Source: Trichodelitschia bisporula (lineage: Eukaryota). Taken from it: a stretch of 64,000 nt of DNA. The translations under genes were made by a program, and so were the position numbers. The notes below the pieces were generated by a model that made no database searches, was not told the origin of the DNA, and saw only the letters and a program-made list of their open reading frames with translations. Positions 1 through 11,506 of the stretch are shown here, piece after piece (position 1 is the stretch's first letter; each line of letters opens with the position of its first letter). The stretch covers positions 870,364 through 934,363 of the forward strand of contig ML996696.1 in the NCBI GenBank assembly GCA_010356995.1. The letters are read 5' to 3'.

Positions 1-27
1 CCACTCAAACCCAACCTAACCCCCCAG

Positions 28-566
28 CCGCCGCAGCAAAGATCTGCAAAGACCTCGCCGAGCGTAACGAAATTGCCAGCCGCGCCTCGGGCAAACAAAT
101 CGTCTACCACGCCCTGCAGGCACGTCACCCACCCCTCCCCTCACCGTAACTAACAGCTCAGGACCCAGCGCTCTTAGAGCAGTGTACGCCCGAACACCTC
201 ACCTCCCTCGACGCTGCGCTGCGCGACGCACAAGCTGAGATTGCGGAGCTCAAATCGCGGCATAAGGTCCTGACTGCACAGCTGGCGACGCTGAGTAAGG
301 CGGTGCCGCTTGCAGAACTACAGGCGAGGAATGAGGCGCTGGTGGAGGAGAAGGAGGGGTTGGAGAGGAGGATTGAGAGGTTGAGGATGGGTGCTGTGGG
401 GCCGGTGAGGGAGGGGGAGAGAGAGGAGATTGATAGGGAACTCAAGAGGGTGGAGAGGGTTGTGGCGCGGCGGAAGGGGATTGTGCGCGAGATGTGGGCG
501 GTTATTAGTGAGGCGGTGGGAGAGGGGAAGGAGGAGTTGAGGGAGGAGCTTGGGGTAGAGATTTAG
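28..566 (+). CDS. HOP2: Homologous-pairing protein 2 (Hop2/TBPIP), 3' part; gene begins upstream of the window. Exons 28-119 and 162-566
   Basis: Exon reads AAAKICKDLAERNEIASRASGKQIVYHALQ (Hop2-type GKQxVY motif), then a coiled-coil C-terminus ending ELREELGVEI*; intron 120-161 carries an in-frame TAA. Confidence 0.85.
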
Positions 567-615
567 GGGTGTTGGAGGCGATGCGGTGGGATGTGAAGGA
601 TACGAGTGTGGATGC

Positions 616-1400
616 TCAGAAGCAGATTTGATCCTCTCTCAGACCATAATCTGAATGCACAATCCCATGATACAACCCTCGACATGATCCCTCGTCTCGA
701 CCTTCCGGACGCTGATCTTTGACATTCCCAACCCGTCGGTATGGTACCCTAACCCCTTTCGGCCTGATGCCACGCCCCGAACCATATCTTCGGGTCGGTA
801 CCCGCCCTCACGGCCCGTGCGCCGTTCCACGGCCGGCGAACGGGGAATCTTGGCGATATGGGAGGCGGACTTCACCGTGAACCTCGTGAGAGTGTGATAT
901 GAAGCTTCGGCGTTGCGCAGTTCCAGAGTTAAACATGGATTTGGGTGATCCGATACTCCGCAGATACGGTGGGAATAAGCACGCCTATCGCAGATCTGCA
1001 AATCCCGCCCCAACTTCAGCACCGAGGGATGTGAGCACGCAATGTCCATGATCAACGTGCAAAGCGAACACGAGTTTCGTTAAGCGTTCGCCGTCTCGCA
1101 AATAACTACCGATCTTTCTTATACCGGTTTCCGCCCCGATGCGGCATCGCCTCTTCACACGTGGGAGGGCGCAATTTCGCTTCCGGCACCCGCTTCATTC
1201 CAGAACACGGGCCGGGCGCGGGGGGCGCCGATCAGTGGAGTTCCACGTTTCGGGTGCCGAGGCGGGAGGGGCGCCTTAAGGCGTGCACTCGAAGATCACC
1301 AAAAGAGTGGGGGCGGCAACGTTCTTCAATTGCCGATTAAGTTGCGTGTTCGCTTCCTGACATGCAGAGCCGACTCCGGCCTAAGATCATCACTATCAAA
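616..1400 (-). ncRNA. Candidate long structured ncRNA with C-box/D-box-like ends, family unknown
   Basis: Minus-strand GTGATGA at 1393-1387, CTGA at 642-639 and 619-616; perfect 11-bp inverted repeat 1062-1072/1345-1355; closing helix 1377-1386/637-646; helices extend by G-U only on the minus strand; no credible ORF. Confidence 0.5.
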
Positions 1401-1570
1401 TCAATGCCCAACGCCATGCTGTAAATGCACCCGCCCACCGCTATCCGACCGACCATGCACCCTTCCCCCAAGTCCTACCGCCAAATGAAACATACATACG
1501 GAGTACGCTTCGCAACGGGCATGCGCGCCGGAGGATCAGGATGAATCCGCATCCCGCGTGGCCTCGTGGC

Positions 1571-1686
1571 AAAACGCGTGCTCCCGCTCCCACTCCCACG
1601 AGGCAAACAGCCCGCTCCCATTCTCACGAGGCAGAAAGCCTACTCCCACGAGGGCAAACAGCCCGCTCCCACTCCCATGAGGCACA
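1571..1686. repeat. Degenerate tandem repeat (CCCGCTCCCAyTCyCAyGAGGCA-type units) downstream of the APH gene stop
   Basis: GGCAAACAGCCCGCTCCCA occurs twice and CTCCCACGAGG-like units about four times. Confidence 0.6.
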
Positions 1687-1698
1687 TGCACAATCCCC

Positions 1699-2749
1699 TC
1701 ACCCCGCCGCCTCACAATCCAACTCCCCCAACGCCGCCGTAAGCGTACGCCTCGCCTCAAACTCCCCCCCACTCCCGGGGCGCACATGCGCCGTCACAAT
1801 CGCCACGAGGGCACGATACACCGCATACCTGCTTTCATCAGCCTTGTAAACCATAAAACTCAACCCAACACGGTGCTCACAGCAACCCCCTAACCCTCGC
1901 TCCCCCCCCCTCAGTACCCCCCCACCCGAGAAGCCCGGTGACCCACCACTCCCCCCCGCGCTCCTCTACCAAAATCCCGCTCTCGTCGAGACCGAGGGGG
2001 ACACAGCGTGCGTCGGTGATGGCGTCGAGTGCGGAGGAGAAGGCGGCGACGTGCCCGCGTATCCGCTCGTAGGGTAGCACGAGCAGGACGTCCTCGCCGT
2101 CGCGCAGCACCTGCTCGACTAGGCCTGCGAATGCGGCGGACCAAGACCGCGCACCCCGCCCGGCCCACACGGCGGGCGTGCTCCCGAAGGCGCCGAGCCG
2201 CGTCCCGCACACGGCGGCTAGGATAGCCCCAAGCTGGCCCTCCAGGCGCGCCCTCGTCTGCGCCGGGAGCTGCACGCTGGGGTACGGCGTGCCGGAGAGA
2301 AAAGCACGTAGCAGAAGCGGCCCCGGGAGGCTAGTCGTGCCGCTCGGGTCGTAGGCGAGGGTTGAGGGGAGGGTGGGCAGGCGGGCGCGGGAGAGGAGGG
2401 TTAGAACGTTGGCTTCGCTTGCTATTGCCGCTGTTTCGTGCCGGAGGAGATGCGTGGCCGACGGGGCGGGGGTTTTGAGCACGGAGGGCCCGTCGGAGGT
2501 TTGTAGGAGGTGGAGGGTGTGCAAGGGCGCTCGGAGGGGGGTGGAGGAGGTGAGGCGGGGGCGGGAGGGGAGGAGAGTGCGGAGGAGGCGTTGGAGGGTT
2601 GCGAGGTCGGGGTTTGATGCTGGGCGGTGGGAGGAGGGGTGGTGGTAGTAGGTTGTTGAGGAGGCGGAGTTGTGGTGGGGTGGTCGGCTCGGGTACCGGC
2701 TACTGCTGGATCCCGGGCCGGGAGAGGGGGTGTGGTACGGGTAGCTCAT
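1699..2749 (-). CDS. Aminoglycoside phosphotransferase (APH)/kinase-like family protein; intron 1829-1880; alternative ATG at 2782
   Basis: VLKTPAP..HLLRHE..E segment; after a GTGAGC..GCTGAT..CAG intron the frame continues LLYAVYRALVAIV..EARRTLTAAL..*. Confidence 0.7.
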
Positions 2750-4124
2750 GGTCGCGATGGGGAGCATGGCGGGCAGGGCCATGGCAGCGCGGTGTCGGGC
2801 GATATATACCGCAGGTCAGGTCTTCCCTAAATCACAGGGCAGTCGTCGCGGGTGCGGTGGCAGCAGAAGGAATATCACCCGCGGCGCATGCGGCGGGTCC
2901 CCTGTGTTTATGGCGTTCTGGATGACGGGTCGTCGCGGTGGGACGGAACGTTGTGTAGCTGTGGAGGAGTGGGGGTATGGTTTTTGGGGTGGATGCGTGG
3001 ATGATGACCGGGTTATGGGACGCTGACGGCAGCAGCCGCGGGCATTAAAGGCGTTCCCAAGGGCGAGGTTTACCCCGTTCATGCTCGGCTAAGGCTCGCA
3101 TGGCGGAGGGTGTTATTGGCCGTTTGGCGAGGGAGGGCGGGCTGGTACGGGTGTGGTTGACGAGGCTGGGCATGGGCTGGGGCGGAGGTGCCGGGTAGAT
3201 TGAGTGCGTAAACGCGAGGTGGGGTGGGAGGGGGCTAGTTGGACGAGGGGAGAGGGTGGGTGTTACTGTCAGCATATCTTAGCATATCATCTACGGTAAA
3301 TACTATGGATTGCGATCATTGCGTGATGGTAGGTGGTGGACGGTGTGCCGGGTGTACGGTTGGGGTGGTGCCCGCCGGCGACACCAGCCCTGTCGGAGCC
3401 CAAAGAAGCGGAGTGACAGAGGGAAGGACAGCAAGAGATCAATGAATGTCGAATGGCATCAGAAAAACAGAGGTCATCAAAAATCAGCACCAATCCATGA
3501 TTCATACCGCCTTGCCCCTCCCAGAGACAGGCATTTTGCTGTCATTCAGTAGCCGAAAACACCCAAACCAGGACGCCTCGGCCGGGCAGATGCAAAAGAT
3601 ATGCCCCCCGAAAGCGGCATTAGCGCCTCTCGCTTCTCCAAACGCCTTCGCTTGGGCCTGAATCTGGGATTTTGAGGCGCATGCCGTGCATAAAACGTGC
3701 ATTCGCTTGCCCCGGTAGCTTAGTGTGCGCTCATTCCCCAATCACAGCTCTTCGGATATTTACCTCTCCGCCTCGAAGCGAAGATCCAGGGAACTCCCTA
3801 GTTCAGATCCCAACTCGTTCCTCGCCAGAAAAGTGTCAAAAGCAAAGAAAAAGTCGATCCGCGCGCCTCGAACGCGCCAAGTCGTCCCGGCAGTCCAGAA
3901 CAGACGAATCCCTTGCTAACCGCCTCCTCGGATATTCAATCGGCTACCCACGGCCACGAGGCGAAGAACAAGCCACCGCCTTTCCCCTCATCACCCACAA
4001 AATCGTCACTAGTGCATAGTCCTCGGTATCAACTGCCGTATCAACTACGCGAAACGGGACCCAGGCCGAGCAGTCACCGAACCACGTACGTAACCAGTCG
4101 TATCCATCAAGACTCAAATTCCCC

Positions 4125-5681
4125 TTATGCTTCTTCCTTTTGCTCCTCTGCAGCTTCTCCTCCCTTGGGTTTGACGTCGGCCCTCGCTCCCGGCTCTGAC
4201 GTCACTCGGCTCGCCGGCGCATACAGCTCGGCGATGTTAAACTTCCTCAGCGTGTCGTATTCCTTGCCGACGACACTCATACCGCACACATTCTGTTCCA
4301 CGCATCAGTCCTGTCATCTCGCTCCCCCATCTGCCATGATTGTCAAGTGAAAGGGAAGCGGGCGTGCCTGCCTACCTTGTACAATTCAACCAGAATCAAC
4401 ACATCATAGTTCTTCAGATCAACCTGATGGCCCGGCCCGACAGCCGTAGCCACCTGCTTGATAACGCCGTCTCGGGTCAGGAGAGAGTGATTGCGAAGAT
4501 TAGGCCGGATAGCAAACTGCGAAAATGCCTCAGTGAACGCTGCGCCGCGCATGGAGGAGGCGTATGTCATGTGTGCCCAAAGAACACATAGGGACATTTC
4601 TCCGCGAGCCAACTAACCTTCTTGCCTGCACATCCCGGCTCATGGAAGTGCGGCCTGAGAACCTCCTTCGCGACTTCCTCGAGGCCTTTCTCCGTCGCCT
4701 TGCCCACTAGCGAGATGGGTGTCAGGCGTTGGACTGACCTGCACTGCTTGCGGCCCGACGAGTCGGCGGCGTCTTTGCAGATAGCCTGGACGAAGGAGAC
4801 AGGCTCAATAGGCGGGAGCACCTTGAAAAACGCGACTTGTAGTGGTCAGACACATCCACTGACGCAGACATGCAAGACGCGCAACCTACCACATGGCGTA
4901 TCCAGCCTCACGGAAGCAAACAGCTGCTGTGCAGCAGAAGGCTTCCGCAAACTCTCCAGTTCCTTTGCGATCTCGGCTTCGACATCCACGACATCGTCGT
5001 CCGCGTCATTTCCCCCCTCGTCCCCAACAGCTCCATGCCCGTAGAGCCGACTTGCATACTGCCCGCATCAGCATCCAATCCCTAGCCAGAACAGCCGAGA
5101 GCGCCGACAACTGGCCGCCTCTCTCGCTAACGGTGAAGAAATGGAGGGGAGGAGGGCGGGGGGGGGGAAGCATACATCATCAAACAGCGTCTTCAGTTCG
5201 CCCACACACTTCGCCTCCTTCCCCTTGTTGCACGTGGCCCAAATGCCAGCGTCGCCGGGTTCGATATCCCTTCGCACCGGCACAGGTCTGGCAGAAGAAG
5301 CGCCGGAGCTACCCCCGCGCCCCTGCCGCGTAGTTGCCCACTTCTTCTAAGTGACGAGGAGTGTGGCGTTAGCGTAGCTGCGGGAGGAGGAGGGGGGCGG
5401 GGCCATCTTGCAATCGAGGCCCTCTGCGGCAGGAGTAACCTCCGAGCCGGCAGCCATTGCACCGGCACCACAGCGGCAGCGGGCGGGGGCTACCTCGCGT
5501 GCATACGCGATCGTGCAGTAGCCAGGAAAATGTGAAAGACAGGGGTCGTGGAGGTCGGAGGGAAAGGTAGGGAAAAAAGCCCGGCGCTCCGCGTACTAAC
5601 TTTGGATCGTTTGGAGTCAGGAGCTCCTCCGTCAGACGCATGCACGTCCCCTGCCTTTCGCTTCCTCTCCTCCGATGACAT
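4125..5681 (-). CDS. TAN1: THUMP-domain tRNA acetylation adaptor Tan1, multi-exon; first intron 5347-5600
   Basis: GDAGIWATCNKGKEAKCVGEL, CRSVQRLTPI, FAIRPNLRNH, HQVDLKNYDVLILVE and NVCGMSVV..LRKFNIAELY segments joined by GT-AG introns. Confidence 0.85.
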
Positions 5682-7781
5682 CGTGGTCGCCGGCGCCCGC
5701 TTCGTGAGGGAACGGAGATTTAGGGAAGAGCGAATAAGCGAGTGGGGAGGGGCGGCGGTTGGAGCCAGCAGTTTCGTGTCGGGCAGGGCGCCAGTCGCTA
5801 AGGGTTGAAACTTCTGGGCGGTCGGCCGGTGGTGGGTGGTTTTGCTGCGCCTTGAATGGGCGTTTTTTTTTTGCTCGCGTGTGGGGAAACGCGGGCGTGA
5901 CGGTGAGGTTTTGTGGTGGTACTGTATCTACGGTGAGGGGAGGCGCGAAGCGAAGAGGCTGGCCAATCTCGCGTAGGAGACGCGGGGAGAGGGAGGGGGA
6001 CGGTGAGTGACAAACAACACAATAACGTAAAGGTGACGATGCAGAAACGGAAGTGTTCCGCGTGTCAAAGAAGCGGTGGGGAAGTTTGTGAGGATCTTCG
6101 CTTGGGCCTGTTCCAGCGCGCGGCACTGGGCGGTTCTCGCGTGAAAGTGAGACAGGCGGTAAGGCGGGGAATCGGCGTTTATCGAGCGCGAAGAACTGGA
6201 GAGGAACAAAAGAAGGAGAGGGGCACCGCAAGGGTAAGGGGAAGAAGGTGGGGCCGGGACAGCGGGAAGCGCCACAAAGTGACGACTCCGTTCTACCGTA
6301 CCGCCTAGCTTAAAGAGCCAAACCTCTTGGTCTTTCGCCGAGGAGCAGTTGAAGCCGAACGCGTTTGCAAGTGGCTGATGTGTTCGGGAGCGCAGATTGA
6401 GGAAGAAGAGCAGGACGAGACGAGAACGACATGCTGACAAGCCACTTTTGCACAAAAGCGAGTGTAACTCCCGACGCCCGACGCCCGACGTCCGCAAACC
6501 CGATTAACCCCCGGCCTGAGTATTCGGCAAGCCGGGCCAGGATATCGCAAGTTTCCTAGCCGCAAGCCGCCTAGCGTCATGCATACAGGCATTCGGCAAA
6601 TCCCGGCCCCTGTTCGGCACTCCAAAGCCTATCCATCTCGCGTTCCTGAGCGTCGTGCTCGGATTCCAAACTCCACAGCTTCCTCGGTCGGTTTCTGCTG
6701 TGTTGTAATCGCTCGCCGTTTGGCTGCGATGGAAGGACCTCAGCACTAGGCTGGAAGGCCACGCGAGCGACTTCGGAGATTAACTTCCTTCCACGTTGTC
6801 CACGATGTCACTCTTCGGGCGAGTCGACACCAGCAGCCCCGCAAGGCGACAACATTGCCCATCCAAATCACTCTCCACGCGTGTCGAACTGTTCGATAAT
6901 CCACGGAAGAAGCACATCCCAAACTACATCCCTCACCCCTCAAAAAATATATCCGAAGCTCCAACAACCCCGCACTGTAGCTCTGTATCCATCCTCACCC
7001 CAAGCCGCAGCCTCGTCGCCGGCAACCCCAATCTCTGCCCCCCGCCCTCGGCTCTAGCCCCCGTCCCCCAAGGCCCAGACTCCACCTCACCCGCCGAAGT
7101 CGTCGGAGGCAGTTCAGTACGGATATAATGATGACGCGGCGCCAGCGCCGCAGGCATACTGTACGGTAGGCGCTCGCGTGGGGTACCAGGGCGGGGAACT
7201 TCAAGCGCGGGGCATGCAGCCGTCAGGGAGCTGCATTCGCACTTCGATAGGCAACATATTCGGCTCTACATTAGAACTAGAATTAGCTAGCGGTATTGTT
7301 TAGGTTATTCTAAGCTTTCCCGCTGCGAATCATCCGCCCGGAAATATGCACGTCGCTTATGCCCGTTCGCTTCTCGAGCTTGTTGGTCGCGAGAACGGCG
7401 CGTGTGAGTGCATTATGCACAGTAGGCGAGCGAAATCTGCCAAGGATACGCGAGATCGGGTGCGTGGGCCAATTGTCGTTCGCCGCTTTTCTCAGCTGGG
7501 GCTCAGCTCGAGGCAGAGCTGGGAGAGGGTGTGCGTTAGACTCGCCTTTTGGGACGATGGGTGTGGGTGGGAGCCTATGGGAAGGGCCGAATGGAGCTAG
7601 ATGCAAGGGGAAGCGAAGAGAAGCGAAGATGTTAACTGATTAGTCTTCATCATGAGAAATTGATGTATTCAGTCTTGTCTCTCGAGGAAGACGGCTATGA
7701 TACGGGAATCGGAAGGAGAACTCCTGCCCCATTGTGTCCTATTGGATCGGAATGTTGAATATGCCACCTAGTTCTCCCCTT

Positions 7782-9028
7782 TCAGCTGATGAATCTCATC
7801 GTGACTTCCGCACTGTGAGAAAGTTAGCAGGCATACCACAACCTTCACGACCACCCAAAGAGCAATCAAAGGCTCGTACTCACACCGCAAACGTTCCCGC
7901 ACTAACCGGCATAGCCCTCAAAAGCGTCGGCCCAATCCCCTTCCAAAAACCCCTCAACCCCTCCGCCCTCCACGTCTGCCCAAAACAATCCCTCATACTC
8001 TTATACCGCATCCCACTCCCCAGCCCATCACTCTGCATCTTACTCTTAACCACATCAAACGGATAACTCGCCAACCAAAGCGCCTCCCCGGCAAGTCCAC
8101 CATACAGCGCCACCTTCCACGTCGGCACCTCCCTACGCTCGATCTTATTCCTCGCCGCATCGAGGTTCATCATGTACTCGTAGGCCAGAAACCACACGCC
8201 GTACGCCTGCGCTTCGCGCAGCACCGTCACCGCCTGCCCGCGATACAACCCGCGCAACACGCCGCCATTCCCCGGGCGGCTCAGCGTGCGAATGCACGCC
8301 AGCGGCCCATCATACAAGCGCCCCGCGCCGTGGGGCTGCGTCTGCAGCCGGATGCGCACGTGCTCGATCGGGCCCGAGAGCACGGAGTTGGTGACGCCGG
8401 CGAAGGCGCCGGCGAGATAGTACTGGCCGTAAGATAGAGTGGGCGGGAGGGCGGGGTTGGCGGCGGCGTTGCGTTGCTCGAGGATGCGGCGGGCGTAGTG
8501 GAAGCCGCCGAATTGGACCGAGACCTACGAGTAAGAGTGTTGATATGAGGAATTGTGGGGGGACAGGAGGGCGGCGAGGGCACTTACGCAGGCGCCGATG
8601 CCGATGAGGGGGGTTAGTGTGCCCTTGTAGAAGGCGAGGGGGCCCTCTTTTTTCCAGATCTGGGTCGCGCAGTCGAGGGCGTTGGAGTACTGCGTTGTGG
8701 TCTGGAGGCGCACTTTGACGATGTCTGTCGCCGGGGTCAATTAACCCCATCAAAGCATTTCCCGACACAACATACCAAATGGCTGGCCTGGATTCGTCAG
8801 TACTGATCAGAAAATGGAGGAGATGCCCGCGGGATGGACATGACGGGCCGGGAGCATCAGCTTTGGTAGAGTGACGTGAAGTACCCCACAGCCCCTCACC
8901 CCACCAGCCCAAGAACGAACAAACTCACCCAGTAAAACCTGAGCAATTCCTCCACATGCGCCTGAAAATAAATCCTTAGCCGTCTGCTTCAGGCCCTGGC
9001 CTTCGACTTCCAGTTCCTCGCCACTCAT
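7782..9028 (-). CDS. YMC1: Mitochondrial carrier family protein, Ymc1/Ymc2-like; includes 12-nt microexon 8776-8787
   Basis: Three Px[DE]xx[KR]x[KR] signatures (QPFDIVKVRLQ, GPIEHVRIRLQ, YPFDVVKSKMQ); last exon VAEVTMRFIS*. Confidence 0.85.
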
Positions 9029-9950
9029 TTCGAGATGACGGGCCGATATCGGGCCGCGGTACTGTCCTCCGGAACGTGGTAAGCAGACGAAGCAGCGGCT
9101 CTTTGATATGAGACGGTTATGATTGAGTACGAGTAGCAATGGGAGCAGGAAGAGTGAAAAGAGTGTATCGCGTGGTTTGCCTCTGGTAGTTCAACTCATG
9201 CCAAGCGACCTATCTGAGGTCGGGGGGAAGGTTGCGTGCTTCGCGCTAGCCTGAGATCGCGGTTCCGGGATCCGGACCGCCAGCCCGATTGGGAAAGCAT
9301 TCGGGATACCGGTACAATTACTTTGACATCGATCCGGCTTGCTGTGCTCTTGAATAATGCAAATAAGCGTAGGAGACTATAAGACCACTTCGTTCGTCTA
9401 TGCTCCTACTGCTAGATGTCTTTAAATTTTTCGGTCAGGGCTGCTTGATACCCTATGTCCTTCGAGATCTAAAAAAAAGGTTAATACTCATCGGCCAGGA
9501 CGACAAGAAATACAGTAGAAGACACTTGACGTCTGAAGCAAGCTCACCTTCACGTTAATTGAACCTAAGAACAGTACCCACCTCATGAAGCTCACAGCTT
9601 GGATGCCTTTGGGAAATGTGAAGGCATAGCCTGTCCGCCGGCTGGTTCACCGGCTTCTCTTTCTTATCCTTCTTTTAGTTTCAATCACGCACTCGTTGTT
9701 AGTGCATGAACCTCTTGTCGATGCTCCCATTATCGATGCTCCCATTACAGCATCCTACCACCCTCTCACAGCACAGCCACAAACCGCGGACCAAAGCACC
9801 TCATTAAGAGTACTACTCCGCCTAAAAGGCCCGACAGGGGGGCAAAATCGCCAGCCCAGCCGCACGATCAAGAAGTGAAGTCCCACCAGCATCTAGACAT
9901 AAAAAACTTATTACATCCAGACATATACCCATTACATCCTCCTCATTGCC

Positions 9951-11506
9951 CTACATCTGTCCCAAAACCACCACTCCTACAACACCACCCACAACCCCCC
10001 ACATCCACCCTCCCACCCTCATCCCGGCGGCACCGCCCGTAAATGCCTCCAGCGTCGCTCTCGCAGACGCAGGAGCATACGACGTGGTCCCGTCGACCAC
10101 CGCCCCGACCCCACCAGGCAACAAACTAACCACATGCCCCCCCACCGTCGCAACGCCCCCCGCACTCACCGTCGACCCTCCAACGACCCAGTAAGTGCTT
10201 CCCCCGGTGATGGTAGGGGCATACACCACCCCACCCACCGTCAACGCAGCGGCACTCGGCACAGTCAACGTTTTCGTAACCCCGTCCACAACCCCAACCA
10301 CCGCGCCCTGCGGACTCCAGCCTAAACTAACCACCTGCCCACCCACAGTAGTCGCCGCCGCACCCGGCGTCAGCGTCTGCCCACCCGGGAGTACCAAACC
10401 CCCGCCGCTGGCAGCAAGCGTAGCCACACCGGCCGCCAGGGTCAGCGGTGCGGGCGCGACGGGCGCGGGCGTAATCCCTGCAGCCACGGCAGCAGCGACC
10501 ACGGCGGCGAGGCCGGGCAAGCCAGCAGCGAGTGCCGGGGTCGGTATTACGGGCAGTACCGGTAGAAGCGGGTTGAGGAACCGGGCTACGGCGGCGGTGT
10601 CAGCCGGGCTGGGCGCGAGCTGCGCCTGCGCGCCGCCATAGCCTTGGACGTAAATCGGAGATCCGGTCGATGTGGCGACGACTAAGACGGAGGTTTTGAC
10701 CACCGGAGGAGCTGCTTCGGGCTGATTGCCCCTGTCGCCACCAGCTGGGACGCCTTGGAGGCCGTCGGGGAGGGAGGGGACGACGTTGGGAGAGTGGGGG
10801 GGGTTGATGGTGGGAACGGCGGTGAAAAGGGTGCAGGTTGTTAGGTTTGCGGCGGTGAAGAAGGCGGGGACGGAAGGGAGTGCGTCGAGGTAGCTCAGGA
10901 TCTTCGGGGGGAGGAGAACGGCGGAGGCCGTGGGCGTGAGGTAGGAGGTGCCGGTTGGGAGGGGGAGGACGAAGGACTCGTAGGCCGGGACGTGCGGGAG
11001 GGGGAGCGGACTGATGGTGCTAGGGCAGCTGGAGGAGGCGACGGGGGCGCCGCTTATACCCGTGGGATCGTAGGCGAGGTAGGTCGTGGGGTAGGTACTG
11101 CTTGATTAGCACGGCAATTGAAGGGGGAAAAGTGAACCCACAGCGAGACACCACTCCACGTCCACACCAACTCCGTCGTGGCATTGGCGTAGGCAGCTGT
11201 GCTCGTCGCATAGGCGCTGAGCGTCGAGTACCGCGTCACGGAAGAGCTGTTCCCGTACACCGTGACGATGGGCACAACGCTCAGCGTGCTCGTCACCTCT
11301 TGCACGTCGGCAGGGTAGCTGAGCAGCGAGGGCGCCGCGGCTTGCAGAACGCAGGCCGCGCAGGTGACGTTCACTGCCTTGACGGGGAATTTGGCGATAC
11401 GTGGGACGAGGCCGGCATTGTTGCTGTTGCCGGCTGCGGAAGCAGAGACGCCGTGTAGGCCCAAGAAGAAGGAAAGGCCGGCGAGGATGCCGTATGTGCG
11501 GACCAT
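9951..11506 (-). CDS. Secreted, probably GPI-anchored T/G/A/V/P-rich cell-surface protein; one intron near 11098-11141
   Basis: Signal-peptide-like MVRTYGILAGLSFFLGLHGVSA; VSL|TYPTTYLAYD across the intron; repeated TVGG(Q/H)VVSL; hydrophobic tail after FTGGAA. Confidence 0.7.

Noticed and set aside
746..755. ACCCTAACCC as a plus-strand telomerase template
   Set aside because: G-U asymmetry says the region folds on the minus strand, the motif overlaps a helix, and no pseudoknot was found
640..1180. Group I intron-like (AAATTGCG, AAGATATGGT) and RNase P-like (GGAAGGTCGAGAC, ATTCAGATTA) words on the minus strand
   Set aside because: No convincing P7 or P4 pairing and the spacing is wrong; short matches are expected by chance
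865..1345. 7-8 nt complementarities to 18S rRNA suggesting an snR4/snR45-like acetylation guide
   Set aside because: Too short to exceed chance in about 780 nt, and compared only from memory
6310..6330. Minus-strand AAGAG-GTTTGG-CTCT resembling telomerase P6.1
   Set aside because: No CCCTAA template upstream on that strand
9200..9320. CTGAGA upstream of the carrier gene as a possible TPP riboswitch
   Set aside because: The remaining conserved TPP aptamer core is absent
9718..9747. 15-bp direct duplication TCGATGCTCCCATTA x2
   Set aside because: Isolated slippage or footprint with no other element features
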